This document shows, piece after piece, positions 45,481 to 54,557 of a stretch of 64,000 nucleotides of DNA. The translations under genes were made by a program, and so were the position numbers. The notes below the pieces were generated by a model, which searched no databases, was not told where the DNA came from, and worked only from the letters and a program-made list of their open reading frames with translations. The stretch lies in assembly GCA_035550375.1 (NCBI GenBank), contig DASZPH010000071.1, positions 12,253 to 76,252 of the forward strand, written 5' to 3'. The DNA is from Pirellulales bacterium. Its GTDB lineage: Bacteria > Planctomycetota > Planctomycetia > Pirellulales > JAICIG01. Position 1 is the stretch's first letter. Every line of letters starts with the position of its first letter.

Positions 45481-45509
45481 AGTTTATTGTATATGCAAAT
45501 AAATGTCAA
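45481..45509 (-). promoter_or_regulatory. marR promoter (TTGACA-N17-TAAACT) with the operator in the spacer (copy 1)
   Basis: On the reverse strand, TTGACA (45509-45504), the spacer ttTATTTGCATATACAA (45503-45487) and TAAACT (45486-45481). The ATG follows 25 nt downstream, with GAGGAAG between. The core is an imperfect palindrome, TTGnATATnCAA. Confidence 0.6.
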
Positions 45510-45567
45510 GGCAAGCTGGCGATCAAATGGAAATCGTTCTTGCGCGGCCAGGATTTCCGCCAACCGT

Positions 45568-46710
45568 TCACTTCTTGTCGGCGATCGGCGTATCCTGCGC
45601 GGCGGGTAAAACTCCCTTTCCACCTTCGGTGCCCACCGCATCGATGTCCTCCTCGCCGCTCATGGAGATGGTCCGAATGTCGGGGCTGTCGAGATCGAAG
45701 GCTTTCATGTCAACCATGCGGATGCGGCTGTTTTCGTAGGTTCGGAAGTAGTAGCGCCGATTTTTCAAATCGGCCGCGCTGGTCCAGAGCGTGTAGTCGT
45801 ATGCTTCCTGGCCCTTTTCGGTCCCCTCCACGGCCCCCTTGGGAATGTCGAACAAATTGAGAAGGTGGAAGGCTTGCAGGACACCCTCTTTCGCGCTTTC
45901 GACCGGCACCGCGTTTTTCGAGAAGGCCACGGCCCGGACAAAACGGGACGGGGGCGTGAAATCGCCAGGCAGACCGAGCATGCCGCTGCCTTGACCGAAC
46001 GCCTTGATCTGCTTGCCGGCGAGGTCAACCCGCTCGACGTTCTTCGCAGACAGCGTGACGTAGTTGCTGAGATTGGTCATGTGCCAGTCGAAGGTCGGTG
46101 CATTCGTCATCACTCCGAACGGGTTGGCGTGGATCTGGAGCTCGCCGCCGACGTATTCCAGAACCGCGCTGCTTCCGCCGGCTTCGGTGATGATGAAATG
46201 GACGCCCGGTACAAACCCCAAGTCCTGCAGCACGACTTCGCCCACCAGCACGCGGTCGGCGGCAGTAACGGCTTCTTTCACGTTGGAACAGGTCGAGAGC
46301 AGGTACGAACCGAGCTCCCAGGGAGCGAGCACCCGGTCGGCTTCGTCCGATTCGACCTCCTGATACTCAGCAAAGCCCGGAAAGTAGAACAACCCGACGG
46401 AAAGCCCCCGTTCGTTGAGGCCGTCGACGACGAGGGGCATATCGAACGCGTTGATTCCCACCATTGCGTATTTCGAAGTCCAGCGCAGGCCGGGCAGGTT
46501 GCCTGGCGCCGAGCCGACGTATTCGTGGTCTCGCGGCACGACGATCAGGTTTGACTTCAGGTCTGTGGCAAATTCGAGCGTGCGGGCGAAAATCACCGAC
46601 CCGTCTCTGGGCTTGATGGTGATGCCGGTGCAGGCTGGGGCCGTCGTTGGCCCGGAGGTGACCAGAAAGAGAAACCCGAAAATCGCAGTCACTTGAGAAG
46701 AAGCTTTCAC
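45568..46710 (-). CDS. Choloylglycine hydrolase / linear amide C-N hydrolase (Ntn-hydrolase, penicillin V acylase family), exported
   Basis: The signal peptide ends ...TTAPA, immediately followed by the nucleophile Cys (CTGITIKPRDGSVIFARTLEF). The length and MTNAPTFDWH block are typical. Confidence 0.85.
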   Translation of the reverse strand: MKASSQVTAIFGFLFLVTSGPTTAPACTGITIKPRDGSVIFARTLEFATDLKSNLIVVPRDHEYVGSAPGNLPGLRWTSKYAMVGINAFDMPLVVDGLNERGLSVGLFYFPGFAEYQEVESDEADRVLAPWELGSYLLSTCSNVKEAVTAADRVLVGEVVLQDLGFVPGVHFIITEAGGSSAVLEYVGGELQIHANPFGVMTNAPTFDWHMTNLSNYVTLSAKNVERVDLAGKQIKAFGQGSGMLGLPGDFTPPSRFVRAVAFSKNAVPVESAKEGVLQAFHLLNLFDIPKGAVEGTEKGQEAYDYTLWTSAADLKNRRYYFRTYENSRIRMVDMKAFDLDSPDIRTISMSGEEDIDAVGTEGGKGVLPAAQDTPIADKK

Positions 46711-46954
46711 GGCTGGTTCTCCAGAAGGCGGTGGGGTGCCTTTAGTTAATCAAGGGTACGTCGGGTTTCGGGCCGGGTAGCCCTCCCGTACCCGTTCATC
46801 CGTCACATGTCTTAAACATGGTCGTTCCCGTTGAAGAGCGGGTATTTGCCTTCCCCGTTTGGAGGTGTTACTCTCGTCGTTGGCGCGTGGCGGGAGACAC
46901 CAAAATCCTTCCCGCATGTCGGTTGGATGTCGGCTTCCGGGAGGGGGCGAGACG

Positions 46955-49387
46955 GTGCCTATCACGGTTGTCTGCGGCCATTGTCAGGCCAGCTTCAACG
47001 CCAAGAATGCCGACGCGGGAAAGCGGGGCAAATGCCCCCACTGCCGCGGCGAGGTGGTTGTTCCTTTGCCGCAGGCCATCGTGGTCTCCTCGCCGGTCGC
47101 GTCCGCCGGCGCTGCGAATGCCAGGCTTGCTCCCGCTCGCCGGGTCGCAAGCCCGCCGCCGGCCGTCCGGCAGACGAGGCCGTCGCCAACCGTTGAAGCG
47201 ATTTCCGTGCATCCCGCGCAATCGATTCTCGACGGCTTTCGCGGGTCGATCGAGCCGGTCTCGGTTGCAGCGGGCTACAAGCTCGGCATCGCGCTCGTCG
47301 TCGCCTTCATGTTGCTCTTGCCGGTCTTTTACGTGGCCCTGATCGGCTTGATCTGCCTGCTGCTCGGTTGGCACGCCGTGCAAGACACGGGCCTGCTGCA
47401 GGTCGGGCACGGCCGGGCCGCGGTCGTGCCGGCGGTCGCCTACGTGGCGCCCCTGCTGGCCGGCGCGATCCTGGTGTTCTTCATGTTCAAGCCGTTGTTC
47501 GCCAGACCCGTCAGGCGCGGTAAGCCGCGTTCTTTGAACCGCGAGCAGGAGCCTCTGCTGTTTGCGTTCGTCGATCGTGTTTGCGCCGCGGTCAGAGCAC
47601 CGCGGCCGTCCCGAATCGACGTCGACTGCGACGTCAACGCCTCGGCCAGCTTCCGCCGCGGCGTCCTGAGCATGCTGGGCAACGACCTGGTGCTGACGAT
47701 CGGTTTGCCGCTCGTCGCGGGCCTCAACTCGCGTCAGTTCGCCGGGGTGCTGGCCCACGAATTCGGCCATTTCAGCCAGGGGGCGGGCATGCGGCTGAGC
47801 TACCTCGTGCGGAGCGTCAGCCTCTGGCTGACCCGGGTCGTTTACGAGCGCGACGCCTGGGACGCGCGGCTGATCGTCTGGTCGCGCAGTCTCGACCTCC
47901 GCCTGGCGATCATCCTGTACCTGGCCCGGTTCTTCGTCTGGCTGACGCGCAAGATACTTTGGGCGCTGATGATGCTCGGCCACCTCATCAGCGGTTTTCT
48001 CATGCGGCAGATGGAGTTCGACGCCGACTGCTACGAGGCTCGGCTGGCGGGGAGCGATGCCTTCGAGTCAACGATGCGCCGCCTCGTCCTGCTCGGGGCC
48101 GCCACGCAAGGCGCTTACGCCGACCTGGCTGACTTTGCCGCCGAGGGGCGTTTGAGCGACGACCTGCCATGGCTGATCGTGGCCAACGCGGAGCAGATCA
48201 CCCCCAAAGGGCTCGCCATGCTCGAGCGCCAGATCGACGAGGAGGAAGCGGGCCTGTTCGCCTCGCACCCCCCTTCGCGCGACCGCATCGCGCGGATGCG
48301 GGCGGAACAGGCTCCCGGCATCTTTCACGTCGAGCGGCCCGCCGCCACGCTCTTCAGCGACTTCGTGGCCCTTTCGCGGACGTGCACCTTCGACCTCTAT
48401 CGTGCTGTCTTCGGCAAACAGTTCAAACTCACCGACATGCACCCGGTTGAGCAGCTTCTGGCCAGGCAGGAGCAAACGTTCGACGATCTCAAGTCGCTCA
48501 ATCGCTATTTCCAGGGGACGTTCAACGTGCTGCGTCCGCTGCGTCTACCGGCCACGCCGCTCGTAGAAGGGCCGCGCCCGTCCGAGTTGGCCGACCGGCT
48601 CAAGCAGGCTCGCCAGGCAACGCTCGAACACCTCCCTCAGTACAAGGCGGCCTTCCACGATTACGACCAGGCCGACACCGATTGGTTGGAGGCCGAAGCG
48701 GCCGACGCGCTGCTCACCGCCCATATCCGGGTCAAGCCCGACGACTTCAAGCAGCGGCTCGTGGATCCAAGGGCGGTGATAGCCGCCCGCGTGTCGGCGC
48801 GAGGGCGGCTGGAACAGATTTCGCCGCGGCTGGTGCCGCTCGAGCAGTTGGCGGTGCGCCGGCTGGCGGCCGCACTCGATCTGGCGCACGTCGACAAGGT
48901 CGCCGCAAGAATCCCGGAGTCTGAAGAGCGCATCGCGGAGAGCGGGCGGCTTCGCGCGGCGGTAAGTGTCGTGGGCAGCCAGGTAGGCGGCTGGCTTGCC
49001 CTGCGTAACCGGATGGCGGTGCTCAGCAAGCTGCTCTCGAGGCTCGAGGGACAGCGAGATAACGCCACGCTTCTCGGTTCGTTGGAGAAGAACATGAGCC
49101 TGCTGGTGCGTCAGATTCGCGATCTGCAGCACGAACTGTCGCGAGTACGATACCCGTTCGAGCACGCCACGAAGGAGCCGACCGTCGCCGAATTCCTCGT
49201 TCCGCAGCCTTTCAACGAACGCGACTGGTCGTCCATTTTGTCGGCCGGCAGCGCCGTGCTGGAAGGGTTTCCGCGCCTTTACGGTCGGATGTTCGGCAGA
49301 CTGACCCTCCTGGCCGAAGAGGTTGAAGCGTTGTTGGGACTGGCGCGTCTGCCCGAGCCGCCTTCCGAAGCGAACGGACCCGGGTGA
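46955..49387 (+). CDS. M48-family zinc metallopeptidase with an N-terminal zinc ribbon, TM segments and a long helical C-terminal region
   Basis: HExxH in VLAHEFGHFSQG. Zinc ribbon VVCGHCQASFNAKNADAGKRGKCPHCRG. The GTG at 46955 is preferred because GGGAGGGGG lies 6 nt upstream, and it gives (M)PITVVCGHC, which parallels MPIAVRCRLC of the next gene. The track start is 46859. Confidence 0.8.
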   Translation: MPITVVCGHCQASFNAKNADAGKRGKCPHCRGEVVVPLPQAIVVSSPVASAGAANARLAPARRVASPPPAVRQTRPSPTVEAISVHPAQSILDGFRGSIEPVSVAAGYKLGIALVVAFMLLLPVFYVALIGLICLLLGWHAVQDTGLLQVGHGRAAVVPAVAYVAPLLAGAILVFFMFKPLFARPVRRGKPRSLNREQEPLLFAFVDRVCAAVRAPRPSRIDVDCDVNASASFRRGVLSMLGNDLVLTIGLPLVAGLNSRQFAGVLAHEFGHFSQGAGMRLSYLVRSVSLWLTRVVYERDAWDARLIVWSRSLDLRLAIILYLARFFVWLTRKILWALMMLGHLISGFLMRQMEFDADCYEARLAGSDAFESTMRRLVLLGAATQGAYADLADFAAEGRLSDDLPWLIVANAEQITPKGLAMLERQIDEEEAGLFASHPPSRDRIARMRAEQAPGIFHVERPAATLFSDFVALSRTCTFDLYRAVFGKQFKLTDMHPVEQLLARQEQTFDDLKSLNRYFQGTFNVLRPLRLPATPLVEGPRPSELADRLKQARQATLEHLPQYKAAFHDYDQADTDWLEAEAADALLTAHIRVKPDDFKQRLVDPRAVIAARVSARGRLEQISPRLVPLEQLAVRRLAAALDLAHVDKVAARIPESEERIAESGRLRAAVSVVGSQVGGWLALRNRMAVLSKLLSRLEGQRDNATLLGSLEKNMSLLVRQIRDLQHELSRVRYPFEHATKEPTVAEFLVPQPFNERDWSSILSAGSAVLEGFPRLYGRMFGRLTLLAEEVEALLGLARLPEPPSEANGPG

Positions 49388-49514
49388 AACAACCAAGACA
49401 AGCGTGTGAACTTCGGAGCCCGAAGCCCGCAGGGGCTTGGTTCACTTGTTGAGAAAAAGCGACTATTCTGTGAACTCGATTCGGCTGCGGCAACTTCGCT
49501 GAAGGAGACGTTTC

Positions 49515-50591
49515 ATGCCAATCGCCGTGCGCTGTCGATTGTGTGGCCGGCCCTACAATCTGGCGGACCGTTTTGCCGGCCAGGTCGTGCAGTGCAAGGA
49601 GTGCCAGGCCGTTATCCAAGTGCCGGCTGCCGGTCCGCTTGCGGCCCCGCGGCGTGGCGAGCCACAGTACGGCGTGCTACCCCTTGCTGAGCCGGTGGAG
49701 GCGCCAAAGCGGCCTTTGCCACCCCCACTGCCTGCCACCCCCGTGCCTGCGGCGCCGTGGCCCGCCCGGCCGACGCCCGGCTCTCCGTTGCTGGCCCCTC
49801 GTCGAAAGAAAAACAAAGTGCCCCTCATCCTGGCCGCGGTCGGATCGGCGGCGCTCGGCTTGGTCGTCTTGGTTGCGGCTGGCTTTGTGGTGATCGGCAA
49901 GCTCGCGCCAAGGGTGATCTCGTTCAGCGCCGGTACACCGCGGGGTATGCCCGTCACCTTCGCGGGCAGCCACCAGACATCGCCCAGCAACGCCAGGCAA
50001 TTCGAGGAGCTGCTGCAGAAGTTCCTCGCCGCCTTGCAAGCCTTCAACGGCGCGTTGGCCAAGGTGGTCGACAGCCAGTCCGCCCGCCGCCAGGCCGACC
50101 AGGTCATGGCCAGGTACAACGACTTGACGCCATTACTCCGGCAGGTCACCGCGTTCGTGCCGCGCATTACTGCGGAAGAGGACCGACGGCTGGAAGCGAT
50201 GTACGGGGCGCAACTGACGTCGGCCATCGAGCAGCTCAAGGTTCACGTCATGCGAATCCGCCAGATGCAGCACGCTGAGGTCGCATTTGGCGGCCGACTG
50301 CCCTTTGACGACCTCCACGATCGAATGGGCAGGTTGCATGGGGCAGGCATGGGATTCGGTCCGGGCGTCCCAGGGGCGTCGTTTCAGCCTCCGGCCTCAC
50401 CCGCCATCCAGCCCCCGCGAGCCTCGATGTCCGGTTTCCAGCCGCCGATCGCCCGTCCCCCCTTGGCGCGGCCTCCGATAACGCGGCCCCCCATGACGCG
50501 CCCCCCGATGGTTGGCCCAACCGGCCCCCGCCACGCTCCTTTCAACCACGGGATGCGGGGCCCTGGAGCCATGCACGGGCGGGGCCGCTAA
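49515..50591 (+). CDS. Zinc-ribbon / single-TM / helical protein with a Pro-rich repeat tail (hypothetical)
   Basis: MPIAVRCRLCGRPYNLADRFAGQVVQCKECQAVIQVP; TM helix VPLILAAVGSAALGLVVLVAAGFVVIG; tail QPPIARPPLARPPITRPPMTRPPMVGP. Confidence 0.65.
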   Translation: MPIAVRCRLCGRPYNLADRFAGQVVQCKECQAVIQVPAAGPLAAPRRGEPQYGVLPLAEPVEAPKRPLPPPLPATPVPAAPWPARPTPGSPLLAPRRKKNKVPLILAAVGSAALGLVVLVAAGFVVIGKLAPRVISFSAGTPRGMPVTFAGSHQTSPSNARQFEELLQKFLAALQAFNGALAKVVDSQSARRQADQVMARYNDLTPLLRQVTAFVPRITAEEDRRLEAMYGAQLTSAIEQLKVHVMRIRQMQHAEVAFGGRLPFDDLHDRMGRLHGAGMGFGPGVPGASFQPPASPAIQPPRASMSGFQPPIARPPLARPPITRPPMTRPPMVGPTGPRHAPFNHGMRGPGAMHGRGR

Positions 50592-50675
50592 GAGCGCCTT
50601 GGACACTGGCGTGGCGGCCTGAGCGGCGACCTATCCGGGCGCCTTTTTATCGCAGGCGGCGTTGCCAACCCTGCC

Positions 50676-51227
50676 CTACTTGGCCCGCGAATACGAAGGC
50701 GGGGTCAAGAGCGCCCTTTTGTCGTTTGAGTCGGTCGGCGGCAGCAACTCCACCGTCGTGCGACGATAGACGACCGGTTCGTCGGACTGGGGCGACGCAA
50801 CCCTCACGGGCCTGCGAGGCGTCATGGTCTGTGGCGCCCGTGGCCGTTCACTGGTTGCGGCGGCGCGGCCCGCCGCTGCCGAGGTACGGCGGCGCGACCT
50901 GGCCCCGCTCTGTGGCACCTCCGATTCGTCGGGCATGACCGGCGGCAGATCGTCCGGCATTTCCTGCAGCCGCGGAGGAGGGGGCGGTACCGTCTCGTTG
51001 CCGCCGGGCGGGGAGGTCGGTTGTACAACCTCGGTGCCCTCGATCATGGGAGGACACGAGGTGCACTCGGCCGGCCATTGCCGCCAGCAGGTGGAAAAAT
51101 AGCCGCCGCAGGGACCGTTCGGAGTGCAGACGCACTTCGTCGGTTGCATGGCCGGGGGCGCGTGGCAACCCACAATCGCCAGCGCCAGCCATGCCAGGTA
51201 CCCCGCACTTCTTTTTCCGATTCGCAT
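50676..51227 (-). CDS. Cys- and Pro-rich lipoprotein (hypothetical), downstream of the Wza-like gene
   Basis: The ATG at 51227 gives MRIGKRSAGYLAWLALAIVGC (lipobox), then HAPPAMQPTKCVCTPNGPCGGYFSTCWRQWPAECTSCPP, then a Pro-rich disordered tail. Confidence 0.6.
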   Translation of the reverse strand: MRIGKRSAGYLAWLALAIVGCHAPPAMQPTKCVCTPNGPCGGYFSTCWRQWPAECTSCPPMIEGTEVVQPTSPPGGNETVPPPPPRLQEMPDDLPPVMPDESEVPQSGARSRRRTSAAAGRAAATSERPRAPQTMTPRRPVRVASPQSDEPVVYRRTTVELLPPTDSNDKRALLTPPSYSRAK

Positions 51228-51343
51228 AACATCCCCCCACGTGCCCCTCAGCATCAACGCTCGCTGCCGAAGCCGCGTCGCTGCTGCCAAGGATCTTGAT
51301 CGCTTCTCATCACCGCCGCCCCAGGAGCACTAACCTGTCAGCA

Positions 51344-52477
51344 CTAAATACCGCCGCCGAAGCCGCCAGTACCGCTGCTAAAGAACTTGATCGCCCTCAC
51401 CGTATACGTGCCCATCAGCACGCCGCCGAACATCCGCTGAAACGGATTCACGAACTTGCTGATGGCGTTGTTGGTCGCCACGAGCGGGTCGTGGGCGATA
51501 AACAATCGATCGCCCGGCATGAGCTGATAGTTGGTGGCCGTTTCGCCCCGCTGGGCAAGGCCATGCCAGTCGACGGCCAGGATCTGATCGCAGCCGGCGC
51601 CGGCGGGCGCGGGCCGCGCGATCCAGATGCGCTTCGACGACACCTCCTGCATGCCTTGGATTTCGGCTAGGGCGTCGAGCACGGTGTCGTTGCCCGTGAT
51701 GGGAAACTTGGCTACGGAATCGCCCAGCCCGGCGCCGTCGGTGATCACGTAGTAGAACTTGCTGTTGTAAGCGTAGATGTCGACCGCCACGCGCGGGCTT
51801 TCGAGAAACTGGCCGAGATGCGTCTCGATCGCCTGGCGGGCCTGCTGTTGCGTGAGCCCGGTCACAAAGACCTTTCCGTACGTGCCGAGCGTGACCTTGC
51901 CGTCGGGTCCGACCAGATGCTCGCCCGCGATCTGCTGCGCTCCGGCGCTTTGGGCCAGGCTGAGCTGTGTGGTCGGATCGGCCAAGAACTCGCGCAGCTT
52001 ATTTTCGACGGCATGCGTGGCCTCGTGCATGTCGAGGCCGGCCACCTGCACCGAACCGTACGGCGGTCCAAGGTCGATGGTTCCGCCCGGCTCAACCACG
52101 AGTTGCCCTTCGATCGGGTGATCGGGCAACGCGCCGGGCACTTCGATCGCCAGCACGTCGAGGCTTTCGATGCGATAGGGCGACTTGGGCACGACCTTCA
52201 GCGCGTCGATCATCAGGATGTCGGGAGGCTCGATCACATAGTCGGGCATCGCGACCTTCGACAACTCGCGCGGCACGTTGGGCGGCGGGGGGGGAACTTT
52301 GGCCTCAAACTGGCTTCGGGGTGGCGCCCAATAGTGCCCCCCCAGCTTGCTCGAATGGCAGCCCGCTGCGATTAGCGACAACACCAACGCGGCGACGACC
52401 GCCCGTTTGCGACCTTCCCGGCATGCCCGTCCCATGTCCGAATGCCTCTGATGGGTCGAAGTCTCGATTGCCCCCAA
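51344..52477 (-). CDS. Polysaccharide export protein (Wza-like: Poly_export + SLBB domains), lipoprotein
   Basis: Lipobox AALVLSLIAAGC. Poly_export-like segment YVIEPPDILMIDAL...YRIESLDVLAIEV. SLBB-like repeats are VGPDGKVTLGTYGKVFVTGLT and ITGNDTVLDALA. The start may be the internal ATG at 52435. Confidence 0.8.
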   Translation of the reverse strand: MGAIETSTHQRHSDMGRACREGRKRAVVAALVLSLIAAGCHSSKLGGHYWAPPRSQFEAKVPPPPPNVPRELSKVAMPDYVIEPPDILMIDALKVVPKSPYRIESLDVLAIEVPGALPDHPIEGQLVVEPGGTIDLGPPYGSVQVAGLDMHEATHAVENKLREFLADPTTQLSLAQSAGAQQIAGEHLVGPDGKVTLGTYGKVFVTGLTQQQARQAIETHLGQFLESPRVAVDIYAYNSKFYYVITDGAGLGDSVAKFPITGNDTVLDALAEIQGMQEVSSKRIWIARPAPAGAGCDQILAVDWHGLAQRGETATNYQLMPGDRLFIAHDPLVATNNAISKFVNPFQRMFGGVLMGTYTVRAIKFFSSGTGGFGGGI

Positions 52478-52554
52478 TGGCAGTCATCGGCCGGTAACGC
52501 TTATTCGCTTGCGGCCAGTTTTGCGAATCGTGAGGCTTGAACCGAGGAGACCTG

Positions 52555-52572
52555 CACTAGTGGACACTAGTG
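52555..52572. promoter_or_regulatory. Candidate operator: two copies of the self-complementary octamer CACTAGTG separated by GA
   Basis: 52555-52562 is CACTAGTG and 52565-52572 is CACTAGTG. The site is AT-containing in a GC-rich genome and lies 78-95 nt upstream of the Wza-like start at 52477. A nearby inverted repeat is ATTCGC-N14-GCGAAT (52504-52529). Confidence 0.4.
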
Positions 52573-52692
52573 TCGAAGCGACGAGGAAAGGTGGGCAGAG
52601 TTTCCGGCCCGACAGAGGGCGAGCGCCGGATGGGCGGTCTTCTTTCGCGTTCAGCGCCCCGCGTCTCGGGAGGGGGCGCGTGCGGAATACGG

Positions 52693-53931
52693 TTAGCGCT
52701 TGAGCGGCGTTTCCGTGGCGGCGACCGCGGTGGAGCGAACATCGTCGAACGAGATTTCGCCGGTGGCACCGAACAACCCGATTGCGACGACCGCCATCCG
52801 TGCTGAGCGAGGAACGTTTAGCTTTCCCTGCTGCCGGGTCCAAGTCATGCTCCCCGACCAGTAACCGACCCCCGCCTGGCCGATCGGCGCGCGTTGTTCG
52901 TCGAAGAAGCTCACCAGTAACATGGCCTGATTATCGTCGGTGGGACCTGCCTTCACGTCGGCCGTGCGGACCCAGAGATCGATGTCAAGCCGGCTGACTT
53001 TGCGGCCGTCGACGCCTATGGCCTGCAAGGCCTGGCTGTGACGTCCAGGTATGGCGTTTTTGATCGTGAGACATTTTTGTCCAGACGGCGCCTTGCTGGT
53101 TTCGTCCACCTTGGCCTGCCGCACGTAATACCAGGCCTCGGGTTGATCGGCGAATCGCGACGGCTGCTCAAAGTCTCCGTTCACCAGAAGACGGCCAACC
53201 GCCGCTGGCGAGGGCGCGCTCGCGGCGCCGCCCGTCATGGGCACGAACATCGTTGGCTCCAGCGCCTCGGTCACCAGCCTGCCCTCGCGCTTTTGAAAAA
53301 GGTAAAGGGTTTGCTGGTAGCCTTTTCCGACGGGCACGATCATCCGGCCGCCCTCCTTGAGCTGGTCGATGAGCGCCCGGGGCACGTCTTCGGGAGAGCA
53401 CGTGACGATGATCTTGTCAAAAGGCGCGTATTGGCCCCAGCCGGCATAGCCGTCGCCGGTCCGTGTATGAACGTTGTAGCAACCGAGCCGCCGAAGCGTC
53501 ACCGCGGCCCGGCGCGCTAGCGGTTCGACAATTTCAATCGTGTAGACGTCTTTCACCAGCCGGCTGAGCACGGCCGCCTGGTAACCGCTTCCCGTGCCGA
53601 TCTCGAGCACCTTGTCGGTTGGTTGCGGATCGAGCCGCTCGGTCATCGAGGCGACCATGAACGGCGGCGAAATCGTCTGCCGTTCGCCGATCGGCAGGCA
53701 CATATCGAAATAGGCGTACTGTCGCTGGTCGGGCGTGACGAACTCGTGGCGGGGGACGGCGCGCATCGCCTCGATCACCCGGGCGTTTCTCACGCCGGAC
53801 GCCACAACTTCTTCGTCGACCATCTTCTGCCGCCGCTGCCGCCAGGCGTCGTCGAACGCCTGCCCCAACACCGTTTGGGTCGCCAGGGCGGCCGTCGCCG
53901 CCAGAACGAGACGCGCCGAATGGTTCACCAT
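52693..53931 (-). CDS. pcm: Exported protein-L-isoaspartate O-methyltransferase with a C-terminal extension (paralog of 17471..18739)
   Basis: The ATG at 53931 gives the signal MVNHSARLVLAATAALATQTVLGQA. PIMT blocks VPRHEFVTP, GERQTISPPFMVASMTE and VLEIGTGSGYQAAVL. The extension begins LLVNGDFE. Identity to the other copy is about 70% by eye across the catalytic domain. Confidence 0.85.
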   Translation of the reverse strand: MVNHSARLVLAATAALATQTVLGQAFDDAWRQRRQKMVDEEVVASGVRNARVIEAMRAVPRHEFVTPDQRQYAYFDMCLPIGERQTISPPFMVASMTERLDPQPTDKVLEIGTGSGYQAAVLSRLVKDVYTIEIVEPLARRAAVTLRRLGCYNVHTRTGDGYAGWGQYAPFDKIIVTCSPEDVPRALIDQLKEGGRMIVPVGKGYQQTLYLFQKREGRLVTEALEPTMFVPMTGGAASAPSPAAVGRLLVNGDFEQPSRFADQPEAWYYVRQAKVDETSKAPSGQKCLTIKNAIPGRHSQALQAIGVDGRKVSRLDIDLWVRTADVKAGPTDDNQAMLLVSFFDEQRAPIGQAGVGYWSGSMTWTRQQGKLNVPRSARMAVVAIGLFGATGEISFDDVRSTAVAATETPLKR

Positions 53932-54112
53932 GTCGGATCCTCGAGACGTGCCGGACCAAAGGCCTGTGCGGGGAGGAAGGTCCGAGAAAACCGGCCTTCC
54001 AAGACCCCTTGGGAGGAGGAGAATACTCGGCCGGCGGCCAACGGCCAACGTCAGTTGGAACCGACGTGCCGACGCCCGCCGGCCCCTGGGCCGAGTAGAT
54101 CAAAGGGAAATC

Positions 54113-54322
54113 CTAGGAACTGAGCAGTTCTTGGCTGGCAGAGACTGCCGCGAGACGCATGCGGTCGAGGTCGTCGAGTATCTCGCGCAGTTTGTCCGGG
54201 TTATCTCGCTCCTGGAACATGAGCTCCGTCACGTGCTGCGAAGCATCGTTCCATTTGAGCCACATCTGCAGGACTTCCTTGCACCGCACATCCGCGCTCG
54301 TCGTAGATTCCAAGCCCGTCAT
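54113..54322 (-). CDS. Small helical hypothetical protein (69 aa)
   Basis: MTGLESTTSADVRCKEVLQMWLKWNDASQHVTELMFQERDNPDKLREILDDLDRMRLAAVSASQELLSS. GC3 is high and the sequence is amphipathic. No family was recognised. Confidence 0.4.
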   Translation of the reverse strand: MTGLESTTSADVRCKEVLQMWLKWNDASQHVTELMFQERDNPDKLREILDDLDRMRLAAVSASQELLSS

Positions 54323-54557
54323 ACAGCTCTCCCCACCGCGATTCTATGGGCAACGCTGACTGCATACAACAAGTATGCCACGCGACCCGCGGAGCGATGC
54401 CGGAGGAGATAGCCGGCGCCGCGTAATTGCATTGGTGCGGCTTACGGCGCGCGCGGTTTCAACCAAGTAAACGAGACACTCGGCCGGAACGGCAGACTCG
54501 GCAGGAGGTCAGTGGCGCAGTCCGCAACGGCCAGCAAAGGTGAGAGACGGATTCGCT

